DNA from: Octopus vulgaris
Taxonomy: Eukaryota
Direction: 5' to 3'
Length of the DNA stretch: 64,000 nucleotides
Assembly (NCBI GenBank): GCA_951406725.2
Contig: OX597823.1
Span: 24,676,001 to 24,740,000 of the forward strand
Shown here: positions 1 to 11,900 of the stretch, piece by piece
How positions within the stretch are numbered: the stretch's first letter is position 1
Layout: every line of letters begins with the position of its first letter
Program-made: the position numbers and the translations under genes
The notes under the pieces: generated by a model
The model's database searches: none
What the model saw: the letters and a program-made list of their open reading frames with translations, nothing else
Told to the model about the DNA's origin: nothing

Positions 1-654
1 CTGAAGCTCACTAATTGTCTACGTAAAGTAAACTGACTTGAACTGAGAATCAAACCCGAATCATTAACTCACACCATTCAATCCAGGGTCACTTTCTGCA
101 TCAAAAACTAATAGGAAAATGGCTACTTATTGAACCAAGTTGTGATGACTAATTAAAATTACACCCTCAACAGCTGGTAAAATCATTATGCTAATCATTT
201 TTTTTTGGTCATTAAATTCAGAAGAGAGAACCTCTTAAGATAATCACTTTTCTTTTTTCATCTCACTAAAAGGGTAATTTTGATGAAATAAATTTCCTAG
301 CTTGTTACATGAGGTTGTGAATGTCCACATTAACTTCTTAATATTTATTTACTTGGTGATGAATATGAGATAATTTTAGTTTTCCAAGACAAAACACTGC
401 AAAATCAGTTAAGAGATGGGCAATAATCTTCTCCATGACTAGTCATATTCAGTTACATTTTTTCACTTTCTGGGTTCAAATCCCATCTAAATGTACTTCA
501 TCTTTCATACTTCTGTGGTTGATAAAACAAGCATAAGTCAAGTACAATTTAATCAATTAGCTCCTATCTCAAACATTTGTACATCTTTCTATATTAGAAA
601 TTATTGATGTTGTTTTTGTTGTTTACATTTGTCTCAATCTTACTTTAATTCTAG

Positions 655-894
655 TTACTAAGATCTATTTTACGAGAGTAAAAGATGCAATTCTGGATGT
701 ACCTGGAAAAACTTTGTTGAGAAAAAAAAATGTGACAACAGAAGTCTGTGCAGATAAATGTTTGTCTGACAAAACTTGTTTATCATTTGAAATAACTAAA
801 GGAAGTGGAAAATGTTATTTATCAAGGGAGACTGCAGCTACCTCCAAGAAAATGAAAGCAGCCAAAGACAGGGATTACTACCAACGAGTAGATT
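655..894 (+). CDS. Exon A1, PAN/Apple-like domain type A
   Basis: ttctAG|TTACTAAG...GTAGATT|GTaatt; 240 nt; [14 protein letters not shown]...[16 protein letters not shown]...KCYLS...DYYQRVD, C-x3-C-x5-C-x-SF...C-x-L pattern. Confidence 0.9.
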
Positions 895-1121
895 GTAATT
901 ATTCTTTGTATTTCTCTTTTTCTGGAATTTGTGATTGCATTTGTACTTCATAGCTTATAGAAACCCATTTCTGTAAAGACATTGACAGGTTTAACTACTA
1001 GGACAGACAAGCACATTACAGAAATAAGTAATTTTAGTAAATATAAATGCTGTAAGGGCCTTTTCACACTGCATTTGTTTATCTTGAACACTTTTCTGTG
1101 TCATGTTTTCAATTGCTTATT

Positions 1122-1170
<49 letters not shown>

Positions 1171-4100
1171 AAGAAAATACTTGTTACTTTTCTTAAACAT
1201 ATTATTATTATTTTTTTTTTTCTTCTTTCAAATTTGCTTCCATTTCTTGCCGAGTGTCTTCCCGACCCCTAGGGCAAAGAAACTCATAGTATACATTGGT
1301 AGGCCATTAAACCAAACTAAATGGTTCGTTCATTTTTTTTTTTTAAAGTTAAATTAAAATACATGAGCAGCAACAGTTCTCACATCGACAATGCTCTTCT
1401 CAATATGTGTGATGTACCAGTTAAGACAATCTTTTGCACTTCTTGCAGGGATGGTAAGCCAGGGATCATTCTCATATAATTTTCGGTTCCCTTCTTGATC
1501 ATTCCTAGTGCTCCTACGATCACTGGTATTGTAACCGCCTTGAGATGCCACATTTTCTCAATTTCAATGAGTAGGTCTTTATATTTTCTGAGCTTGTCAA
1601 ACTCTTTTGCTGAGATATTATGATCACAGGGATGCTCATGTCGATCAATATGCAAACTTTATTGTTTTGGTCTTTCACAACAATATCTGGTTTATTGGCC
1701 TTGATGGTTCAGTCTGTATGTACTGGAAAGTCCCACAGAATGGTTACACTTTCTCCTTCAGTTACAGCCTCAGGGTGGTGATTATACCACTTGTCGGCAG
1801 TTTTGATATTGTAATGCCGACTTATTAGCCAGTGGAGATATTGGCCAACTCTGTCATGTCTTAATTTATACTCCACTGGTGCTAAGACTTTACATCCAGA
1901 GATTAGGTGGTCCACTGTTTCAATCATGTCGTTGCAGAATCGGCATTTTGGGTCTGCTCCATTTTTCATCACATTGGCCTGGTAGTTCCGGGTTAATAGG
2001 CTTTGATCTTGAGCAGCCAGGATGAAACCTTCGCTCTCTGCTTTTAGCCCTGAGCTCCGTAGCCACTGATGGGTTTGCTTCTGGTCAACATCAGCTTGTT
2101 TGCTGCGGGTCACATATTTGCCGTGCAGAGGTTTCTCCTCCCACCTATCAGCCAATTGCTCGTGCGCTTTTTTCATTGCCATCATTTTCACCTTCTTTGC
2201 AACAATAGTTGCCGTACTTCCCTCGGGTTGTTCAGTTTGGGTATCCTGCACGAGATCAATAGCAAATTTTTTGCTTTCATTTATGATAGAATGAAGCTTC
2301 TTTCGTCTCTCGTGATTTTCCACGAGCTTTAGCATCCAGTCATTCGATATTTCGAGATATTTGGCCAGTCCAATTGTGGTTGTTTTGTAAGCTAGTTCAA
2401 ATTGGATCAGGCCTCGACCTCCTTGGGCTCTGGGAAGGTAAAGGCGATCTACGTCTGCCTTTGGGTGGTGCATCCTATTACAACTCAGCAGCTTGCGTAT
2501 TTTCCTATCTATATTCTTTACTTCACTCATATTCCAGTTCAACACATTGTAGCTATAAGTAACAACTGGAACTGCTAAGAAATTTATAGCTAACACCTTG
2601 TTACGTGCATTTAGTTCAGATTTCAGGACTGCACGAACTCTCCTATAACATTCCTTCCTGATCTTCTCTTTCATGCTTGCTTGCTGAATACCAGAGCCTT
2701 CATTTATCCCTAAATATTTGTATGTTTGTTCTTGCTCAAGCTCTCTTATGACTGTGTCAACATCTAACACGACTGAATTTGTGGTCTTCACTTTCCCTTT
2801 TTGGAAAGTGGCCTTGGCACACTTCTCAAGTCCAAACTCCATCCCGATGTCATTGCTGAATGCTTTCACGGTGCGCAATAGGCCTTCAAGTTCATTATTG
2901 TCTTTACCATAAAGTTTTAAGTCATCCATATAAAATAGATGGCTTATTTTTTTATTGGCAATTTTATACCCATATCCTGTTCTGTTTAATTCACTTGTAA
3001 GGGGTATTAGGGCTATGCAGAATATTAAAGGTGAAAGTGAGTCACCTTGAAAAATTCCACAGTTGATGTTTATATTTTCTGAGGCAAGTACTCCATTAGA
3101 GTGGTATAATTGGAGATTCGTATTCCACAACGACATATTGTGCATCAGGAAGTTTGAAATCACAGGGGAAATTTTGAAGATGTCCAGCGATCTCAAGATC
3201 CATGGATGCGGTATACTGTCGAAGGCCTTTTTATAGTCAATCCATGCGGTGCTGAGATTTCTGCGCTTGTTGTGACAGTTCTCAAGGATCCTACGATTGA
3301 TTAACAGTTGATCTTTGCATCCATAAGAGCCTCGGCGGCACCCTTTTTGTTCAATGGGGAAAATATCGTTCTTCTCCATGAATGCATATGTTTTCTCCGC
3401 CAGGATAGATGTTAGGATTTTATATGTGGTGGATAGACAGGTTATAGGCCGATAGTTTTTTGGAAGGTTGGTTTCGTTATTCTTTGGGAGTAGGTAAGTA
3501 ATGCCACTTGCTAACCATTCAGGTGTTTTCTTTGGGTCTCTCATAATTCCATTGAGCAGCTGAACTAGCTTACCGTGTGCGCACGGGAGCGATGCGAGCC
3601 AGAAATTCGGCACCCTATCTTTACCGGGGGATTTCCAATTATGGGTCTTCGTGAGTGCCTTTCTTAGGTCTGCTATTGTGATGTCTTCCCATGCTTGTTG
3701 TTGTAAATTTTGGTAGGATCCTTCAGTTTGTATAATCCAGTCTGCATTTATGTTGTACCTCTTCTTGTCACTCCAAATCCTTTTCCAAAAGTTTTGAACT
3801 TCTTCCATGGGAGGGGGGTCTTTAACGGTTACTTTCTCCTTCCCTATTTCACTGTAGAATTTTTTGGCATTGGATGTGAACAGCTTATTTTGCTTGTAAA
3901 ACTTGTTTCTCTTCTCAAATCTTCGTATTCTTTGGGCTTTTGCTTGGACTTTTTGTTTCAGCGTTTCTTTTATTGATATCAGTTCTTCTCTTGGTGAGAT
4001 CCAAATTTTCTCTTCATCTTTCTTCTTGTTCTGGATCTTACATCATTTCCACATATTAGTTCATTTAATATTGATATTTCCCCTCTCATAAATTCAATCT

Positions 4101-4193
4101 CTTTTTCAATTTTACTTTTCCAGGTTTGATTTCTTCCCAGGTTTTGTTTTCTTTGTTTTTTCGGGGGCATACAGCTGGTTTCAATTGCCCTAG

Positions 4194-4241
<48 letters not shown>

Positions 4242-4264
4242 CATTATTATTATTATTATTATTA

Positions 4265-4326
<62 letters not shown>

Positions 4327-4801
4327 TAGTTTTATTTTTATTTTTATAGCGTGCTTTCACTTCACTACCGAGCGCAGCTCTGTGTGCCTTGGGTATGTGC
4401 TGTGATTTGTTGTGATGCTCTGATGGTTATTGTATGGAAAGTGTTCTGCGTAGGATGTGTGCAGTGCCTAGTAGTGCAATTTTCTGTATGTTATATGTGT
4501 TTGTAAGTCCTGGTGTTTTTGTTATGTATTTGTCTGAATATTTTTTTATCATGCCTAATGCACCTACTATGATAGGAATTGTTTCTGTTTTCAGATTCCA
4601 CATTCTAGTTACCTCTATTTCCAGGTCTTTGTATTTTGAGAGTTTCTCCATTTCTTTTAGAGACACGTTGTCATCTGCCGGTACTGATACATCAATTAGA
4701 AAGCATTTTTTTTCTTCATGATCTCTGACAACTATATCTGGTCTGTTGGCCTTAATTTCTCTATCTACTATATCTGGTCTGTTGGCCTTAATTTCTCTAT
4801 C

Positions 4802-4858
<57 letters not shown>

Positions 4859-5600
4859 ATAATAATAATAATAACAATATGGAAACTCACAGCTTATTTT
4901 GCTGGGTATGATGGAAAGTGTCAGCTGCTCACAGCCTGCAGACTAAGGTGATACTTGTTTACTGGTCATGCTTGAAGAACCCTGCAAAGAATTCTTGCAG
5001 TTCCAAGCAATACTGATTTTTGTAGGTGATCTTCTTTCACACTTGCACCAGTCTTTTTCAGCCATGTTAGTAGTTGAGTGCTGATACTTCCAAGTGCACC
5101 AATTATTATTGGTATCATGTCTGCTCTCTTCATTGACCACAATCTTTGTATTTCCATTATTATTACCTCTGCCTTAGTGAAGGCGGAGGTATTGTGTTCA
5201 ATTGTGTTTGTTTGTTTGTCCATGGACAAGATATCTCAAGAACCGCAGGGTGAATTCAGATGAAACTTTGTTTGACCTCACGACTGGCACAAACTGATTA
5301 GATTTTGGGATCAATCTGGTTCCAGACAAGGGTTCTGGATAATTTTTCCGGTTTTTTACTTAATTTTTGAGAGCAATCGGGTTCACTCAGCATATATACT
5401 CTTTCAAGTTTATGAACAGTGATAAGCCCACTTTTCTGTCCTGTTTTATCTGAAATCTTCAGGAACAGGAAAATGATGTATGCTCAAGCTTACTCAGAAT
5501 ACCCTGCTCTTTATTAACCAGAGCATGAACCTGTGGTCTCTGTCTTTTTAACTAAGCCATAGAAAAGAAAATTCTTACATATATGTCTACATATATATAC

Positions 5601-5681
<81 letters not shown>

Positions 5682-8226
5682 TAGTACCGCCTGATTGGCA
5701 CTCATGCCAGTAGAATGTTAAAAGCACATCTGAGCATAATCATCGTCAGGGCCATGAATTGCCTTCCGTTCCAGTGGCATGTAAAAAGCACCATTCAAGC
5801 ATGATCATTGCCAGCACCACCTTACCGGCACATGTGCTGGTGGCACGTGAAAAACAACATTCAAGCGCAATCGTTGCCAGTGCCACCGGACTGGCTTCCA
5901 TGCAGGTAGCACGTGAAAAACACCTTTTGAGTGTGGTTGTTGCCAGAACCGCCTGACTGGCCCTCGTGCCAGTGACATGTAAAAGCATCCACTACACTCT
6001 CTGAGTGGTTGATGTTAGGAAGGCCATCCAGCTATGGAAACTTTGCCAGATCAGATTGAGCCTGGTACAGCCTTCTGGCTCACAAGTCCTCAGTCAAACC
6101 ATCCAGTCCATAGAAAGCAGACGTTAAATGACAACGACGATGATGATATTTATTTATTCATGCACACATGTGTGTGTATGTATGTATGTGTGTGTTTGTG
6201 TGTACCTAAGTAATTTAGTATGTTTCTATGCATATTATATAGTTTGTTAGAAATTCCAGTAATGTTTTAGCCAAAAGTCAAACCTTTGTTCTTGAACTAA
6301 AAATTCCAAATACATACATACCTACGTACATACTTATGTATATGCACAAAAATATTTTCCTGTAATATGAACGAATCATATTGCCAAAAATATTTTGTTT
6401 TAACATTAACAACTCTTATTGCCAAAAATAAAACCACCAAGTTGGCAGAAACCTTAGGCCACTTACTTGCCTAAGCTTTATGTGCAAGCATCATACTGGC
6501 TGTCTCACCCAATCCTTCAGAATCATTGTGGATCCAATGACATAGTGACTGATGAGGGACCAGTTAGAGAAAAGATATTATGGGAAGGTAATAGATAACT
6601 TTTGAAAACAAAGCTGTTCTGTCCACAGGTCAGAAAGCACCACAGAATCTTTGTGATAATGTTGCCTGATTATAAGAAAAAAAAATACATTCAAATTTAT
6701 TCCCACTCATGGCTTCTGAAGTCTTTGCACTTGGCAAAAGTACATGCTACTTTGTTTGTTGCCGTTGAGAAGCTCACAAAGATCTGGGCAACTATCCTTA
6801 CACTTACAATCATCATCACCATCATCGTCCTTTTCATCATTTAAAACAAATTATGCAACAGATGCTATATAATATTTAATGTGTGTGAATATAAAATGCC
6901 TTTCTTGTTTTCTTTCATTTCTTCTTTATCTAGCTGATGATGATGTTTTAACATTTAAAAAAACTGCCATACCAGGGCATGATACATTTGATCAGATTGG
7001 AGGAATCAGTTTAAAGGAATGTGATCATGCTTGCCTTCAAATTCCAGGATGTAAATCTTATGAGTATCATGAAGCAAATAAATCCTGTATTCCATCTAAT
7101 GAGACTCTCCTGACTTATGACCTTAAACCCAACAAAGATGGATGGGATATATATATCATGAACCCAGGTCAGTGGAGTGTAATTCATTTAATTTTATGTG
7201 TGTTTGCATGCATGCGTCTACATATACCATATGTATTATATGTATGTTTATAATACACACACACCCACGCACACAGAGATACATATATACCTCAGTTCAA
7301 GGGAATACTCTAGCTTATGTAGATATGGCTTGTATATAACACTGAAAGGTAAAAATGATATACCAATAAAATTCATTAATCAATATATCACATTCACTTC
7401 ATTGTATATCAAAATTAATGGAGTAATTTTGTTAACATGACAAATGCTCCAGATTGAATAGCATTGTACATTGCACAATATGTTCTAAATGGAGGTGTAG
7501 TCAAATCCTATTTTATGGACTTAACCATGTTCTAAAATAAGTTGAAAGGTAAGCTACAATAAATCAGCATGAACTTTCTGGACAACCCAATGCAATGCAC
7601 TTAATGGAGAAATGCACTTCAGAACAGCACATATTTCTGAAGCAGAAAAATTCAAACTATAAGTGTAATTACATCATAAAATAATGATATAATATGCTTT
7701 ATCTTCAGGTATGACACCACTTAGATAAAATCAAATTCCACGTTGAGTATTGATGCAAATATTAAGTGTTTTATGAAATAACTACACTTATGATTTGAAT
7801 TTTTCTGCTTTGGTAATGTGCTGTATTTAACTGCATTTGTTCATTATTATTATTGATATGGCAGTTTGACCAAGGGAGCCCAACAGAGTAAGTAATTAGT
7901 TTAAAACTGGGTTCTGGGTTCAGTTTGTTACATGCATGTGTGTGTGTATGAGTGTCTGTGTATGAGCATATGTACACACACACACACATATATATATACA
8001 TTATCCAAAATTTAAAATAGTGGAACAGCTAATATGTAAGCTACATATGTTTCTTAAGAAGCTGAAGTTCATTACATAATTATTATGTACCAATGTCGTT
8101 ACTTATATAAATTGGAAAACATCACACTAGAGGTCCACTGCAATCTATCCTTAACATTTTTTAATAAGACTTTTATTACCTGAAAACACCCCATCTCATA
8201 TATATATATATATATATATGTATATG

Positions 8227-8285
<59 letters not shown>

Positions 8286-8935
8286 GCTCATACACACATA
8301 CTCTCATACACATACACTCATACACACACACACATACATGTAACAAACTGAACCCAGAAGCCGTTTTTAAACATTCCCCATAATGATAGCATTTTTTCTT
8401 TTCTTTTTGCATTCCTTTTCTTCCTACACTTTGACCCCTAACCACACCCACTTTGCCAATTATTTCAGTTCCACCTTACACCAAAACATTCATTGGTTGT
8501 TTAAACTTACTTTCTTCATTTTTTTTGGGGGGGGGTTATTATTTACTTTCCAATTTATTTGTAATTCCTCACAACAATGTAAACTTTAGTGAGGTAATTT
8601 CAGCCTGATGATTACCTACACTATGGAGAGTTTGTTATGTAATACTTATGTAATGGGCTTCAGCTGACTAAGAAACATATTACTTGTTCCACTCCTTTAA
8701 ATTTTGGATTATATTCACATTTTTAGCAGCAGTAGTGCTACCAGTGAGTCATACAGTTTATCAAACTTCCTTGTAAATTTGATATGGGAAAAAGTATATA
8801 ACTTATGATGCCAATAAATTGTTATTTTGCTTTATTGCATACTCTTCATGCTTGTTCTCTAAACTAGCAGCCTATTGTTTGAAGCCTACAAACTTCCTAC
8901 ACTCGGATCCCTGGATCATATTTACATTTCTCTGC

Positions 8936-8973
<38 letters not shown>

Positions 8974-11900
8974 TTATAATTATATATATATATATATGTG
9001 TATATATATACACAATTATAGATGCCAGCCTTTCACATGTCATTTCTTACACCTGGAAAAAGCACTGAGAAATAGCAAGATTGGTTGAGTACAAAATTGA
9101 TAGTATATAATAATTATAATTATCAATATATCATATAGAAAAAGTGATGGAATTTCAGAATAGATTGCTTACATAAGTTGGATTTTCTCCACTTGAACAG
9201 AAAGTTTTCAAATTTTTTTACCATGCGCTTCAAATGAAGTAGAGTAGCCTTTTATGAAAAAAGAATTTGAAGATCTATGATTTTTTTCCCACCTACCCCT
9301 CCCCAGAGACAAACTTTTCAAATTATTTTTGCCCTCTTTACTTAAAAATGATGGGGGAAAAAATTTTTTTATTTCAATAAAATGTTGAAATCTTATGAAA
9401 ATCCTTGATTTTGTAATGTTGAAACACAACAGCAATGACCATTATAATTCTTGCTCTGCTCCTTTCTGTTTTTCAACACTAAATGAAATATGATTATTTT
9501 TCAAGTTTTCCATTCAACATGAACAGCAAAAAAAGAGGGAATTTATAAAAAATGTTGTTTACTCTGTATTTATGAATTTGCTTTTGTGTATGTGTGTGTT
9601 CATGTTGTCTGTGTATGTGTGTTTATACATTCCAGGTTTAATTTTGAAATAATTTTCACCATTGCAACTTTCATATCTAAATTGTTCTTCAGTTATTTAA
9701 ATAGAGAAGTAGGTAATGTTGCAGAAATATAGCCACATTGATTTGAAGCAGGCATTGAGTGGGGCGTCATTTTCAGGTCTGTCTCTAAAACAAAAGGAAA
9801 AAAATAGCAATGCAGAGCCAAGAATCATATTTAGATGTTTTGAAGCAAAGAATAAAGTCGAATGTGAGAACACGTATTTCAATCACAGGAAAAGTGAATT
9901 TTACATAGTGCTAAAAAGACAAAAAAAAAAGAAAATGAAAAAGAATCTGTCACAAGGGCCATGGGAAGGTGGGTAGAGGGAAAGGGAAAATCCTAGATTT
10001 TCAAAATTTTTTTTATAAAAGCTTCCCCCCATCATTTTCAAGTGCATGGTAACAAAAAATTTGAAAAATCCTAATCAAAACAGAGAAAATCCATCTTATG
10101 TGGGCAGCCTATTCTGAAACTCCACTGATTAATTACTCTTGATTTCTCTTCTCAGTCAAATCTAAAAACTTAATTTTCTCTTTCTTTTTGAATCTCACAC
10201 ACTCCCCCTCTCTGTCAGTTGATTTATGTGTGTACAAGGGAATATATCTGTAGAAAAATTATAGATATATACCCAAGCATACATATATACATTGTTCTCC
10301 ATATTTCATATAAAGGATAATCACTTGTAGATCTACACAATTTATACAACCTCTCCTTTTCTCTCCCATCTCTCTGTCCATGCATAGGTACAGTTATTCA
10401 TAGATCTGTACAATTTTCCACAACTTCTCTGTCTTCTCTATCACTTTATCTCTCTATCTCTCTCTATAAGAGGAAACGGCCAACAATCACACTGAGGATG
10501 TCTCAAAACTGGGGGAGCACAGAATTGGAATTGTTTATTAGAGGCTATCAAATATCTGAAAGAAACAACCCAAATAATATAATAGCAATAGCACTAAAGA
10601 GCAATGTCTACACAATGACCACAGCTCAGTTTGAGTGAAATGAACAAGAGCTCATCTGCTCCTGTGTTCTCATCAGACCTCGCATTGACTTCCTTGATGC
10701 TACCTTTGAAAACAAACACAAAAGTATGACAAGGATAGAGACACTGATGTGAGTGAAAGATGTTCCCTTGGTTCTACAGACCCCCTATGAGTGAGAGACT
10801 TGCCAGAGAAGGAGAGACAAGCACAAGAATAGCTTGCATAAGATGCAGTTTTGCTTTGTGCTATGTTTCTGGTAAAACAATTGCTGAAATATTTAGCTAG
10901 CAGTAAACCCTTGTATTTAGCATTGATCTTCTTAGAGAAGGATTGATCAGAGTCACATGCTCTGTAATTTTATAGTCACTAAGCAAGCTAAGAATAGATA
11001 AATGTCTTATGAGGGCCATACATTTTTCGATAGTGTGCATTCTCTAGAGTGAGAGTTAGTGATAGATCCCACAATGCATTTGCAGTAATATTGTTGATAC
11101 CAACGTTTGAGATACTCTACTGGGTTGCAGAGGAGAAGACCTGGGATGAGGTGGTGAAGTATTACCTTCAAACTGAGGCAATGACTACTGACTGAGACCT
11201 TTGGAAATATGCTCTGCATGAGAAGACCCAGCAAGCCAAGTGAAACCATAACCTGTGGCCTATGCCAGGGGTGTAACCAGCCCACTTATGCATACCTTTC
11301 CTTCATTGGACACTAAACTCTGCTTGCAAAGACTTGTTGAGGCAAGTGAAATCGAAATCAAATTCGATGACTGGCATCTGTGCTAGTGGAGTGCTAAGAG
11401 CACCATCCGAGCATGATCGTTGCTATATCAGCTGACTGGCTTCCGTGTTGGTGGTGCGTAAAAAGCACCATTCGAGCGTGATCATTACCAGCATTACCTT
11501 ACTGGCACTTGTGCCAGTGGCATGTGAAAAAACATTCAAGTGAGGTCATAGCCAGTGCCGCTGAACTGGCTCCTGTGCAGGTAGCACGTAAAAAACACCA
11601 TTTGAGCATGGCCATTGTCAGTACAGCCTGACTGGCCCTTGTGCCAGTGGCATGTAAAAGCACACACTACACTCTCGGAGTGGTTGGCGTTAGGAAGGGC
11701 ATCAAGCTGTACAAACTCTGCCAGATCAGATTGGATCCTGGTGCAACCATCTGGTTTGCCAGTCCTCAGTCAAATCATCCAACCCATGCTAGCATAGAAA
11801 GTGGACGTTAAATGATGATATGTAAATCCTGATAACAACTAGAAAGTTCCACAAAACAGTGATACTGACAGGCTCTGTACAACAAGGCAAGACTTTTCTT

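Noticed and set aside
887-893. Alternative A-exon donor at CGA|GTA
   Set aside because: Absent in A3 and A4 (CGAATA) and it would break phase; the GTAATT donor is conserved in all five.
714-953. Treating each PAN or Sushi ORF in the track as a small standalone gene
   Set aside because: The track's starts and stops fall in introns or mid-domain; conserved AG/GT boundaries and fixed lengths show they are internal exons.
4086-4329. Poly-Ile ORFs and similar VC/YI/HT-repeat ORFs throughout the track
   Set aside because: Translations of microsatellites.
8595-8690. CTGATGA...GAAAC hammerhead-like spacing
   Set aside because: No convincing stem I or II pairing or cleavage triplet geometry.
10620-10685. 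Minus-strand CTGATGA followed by a hairpin
   Set aside because: No GAAA after the stem.
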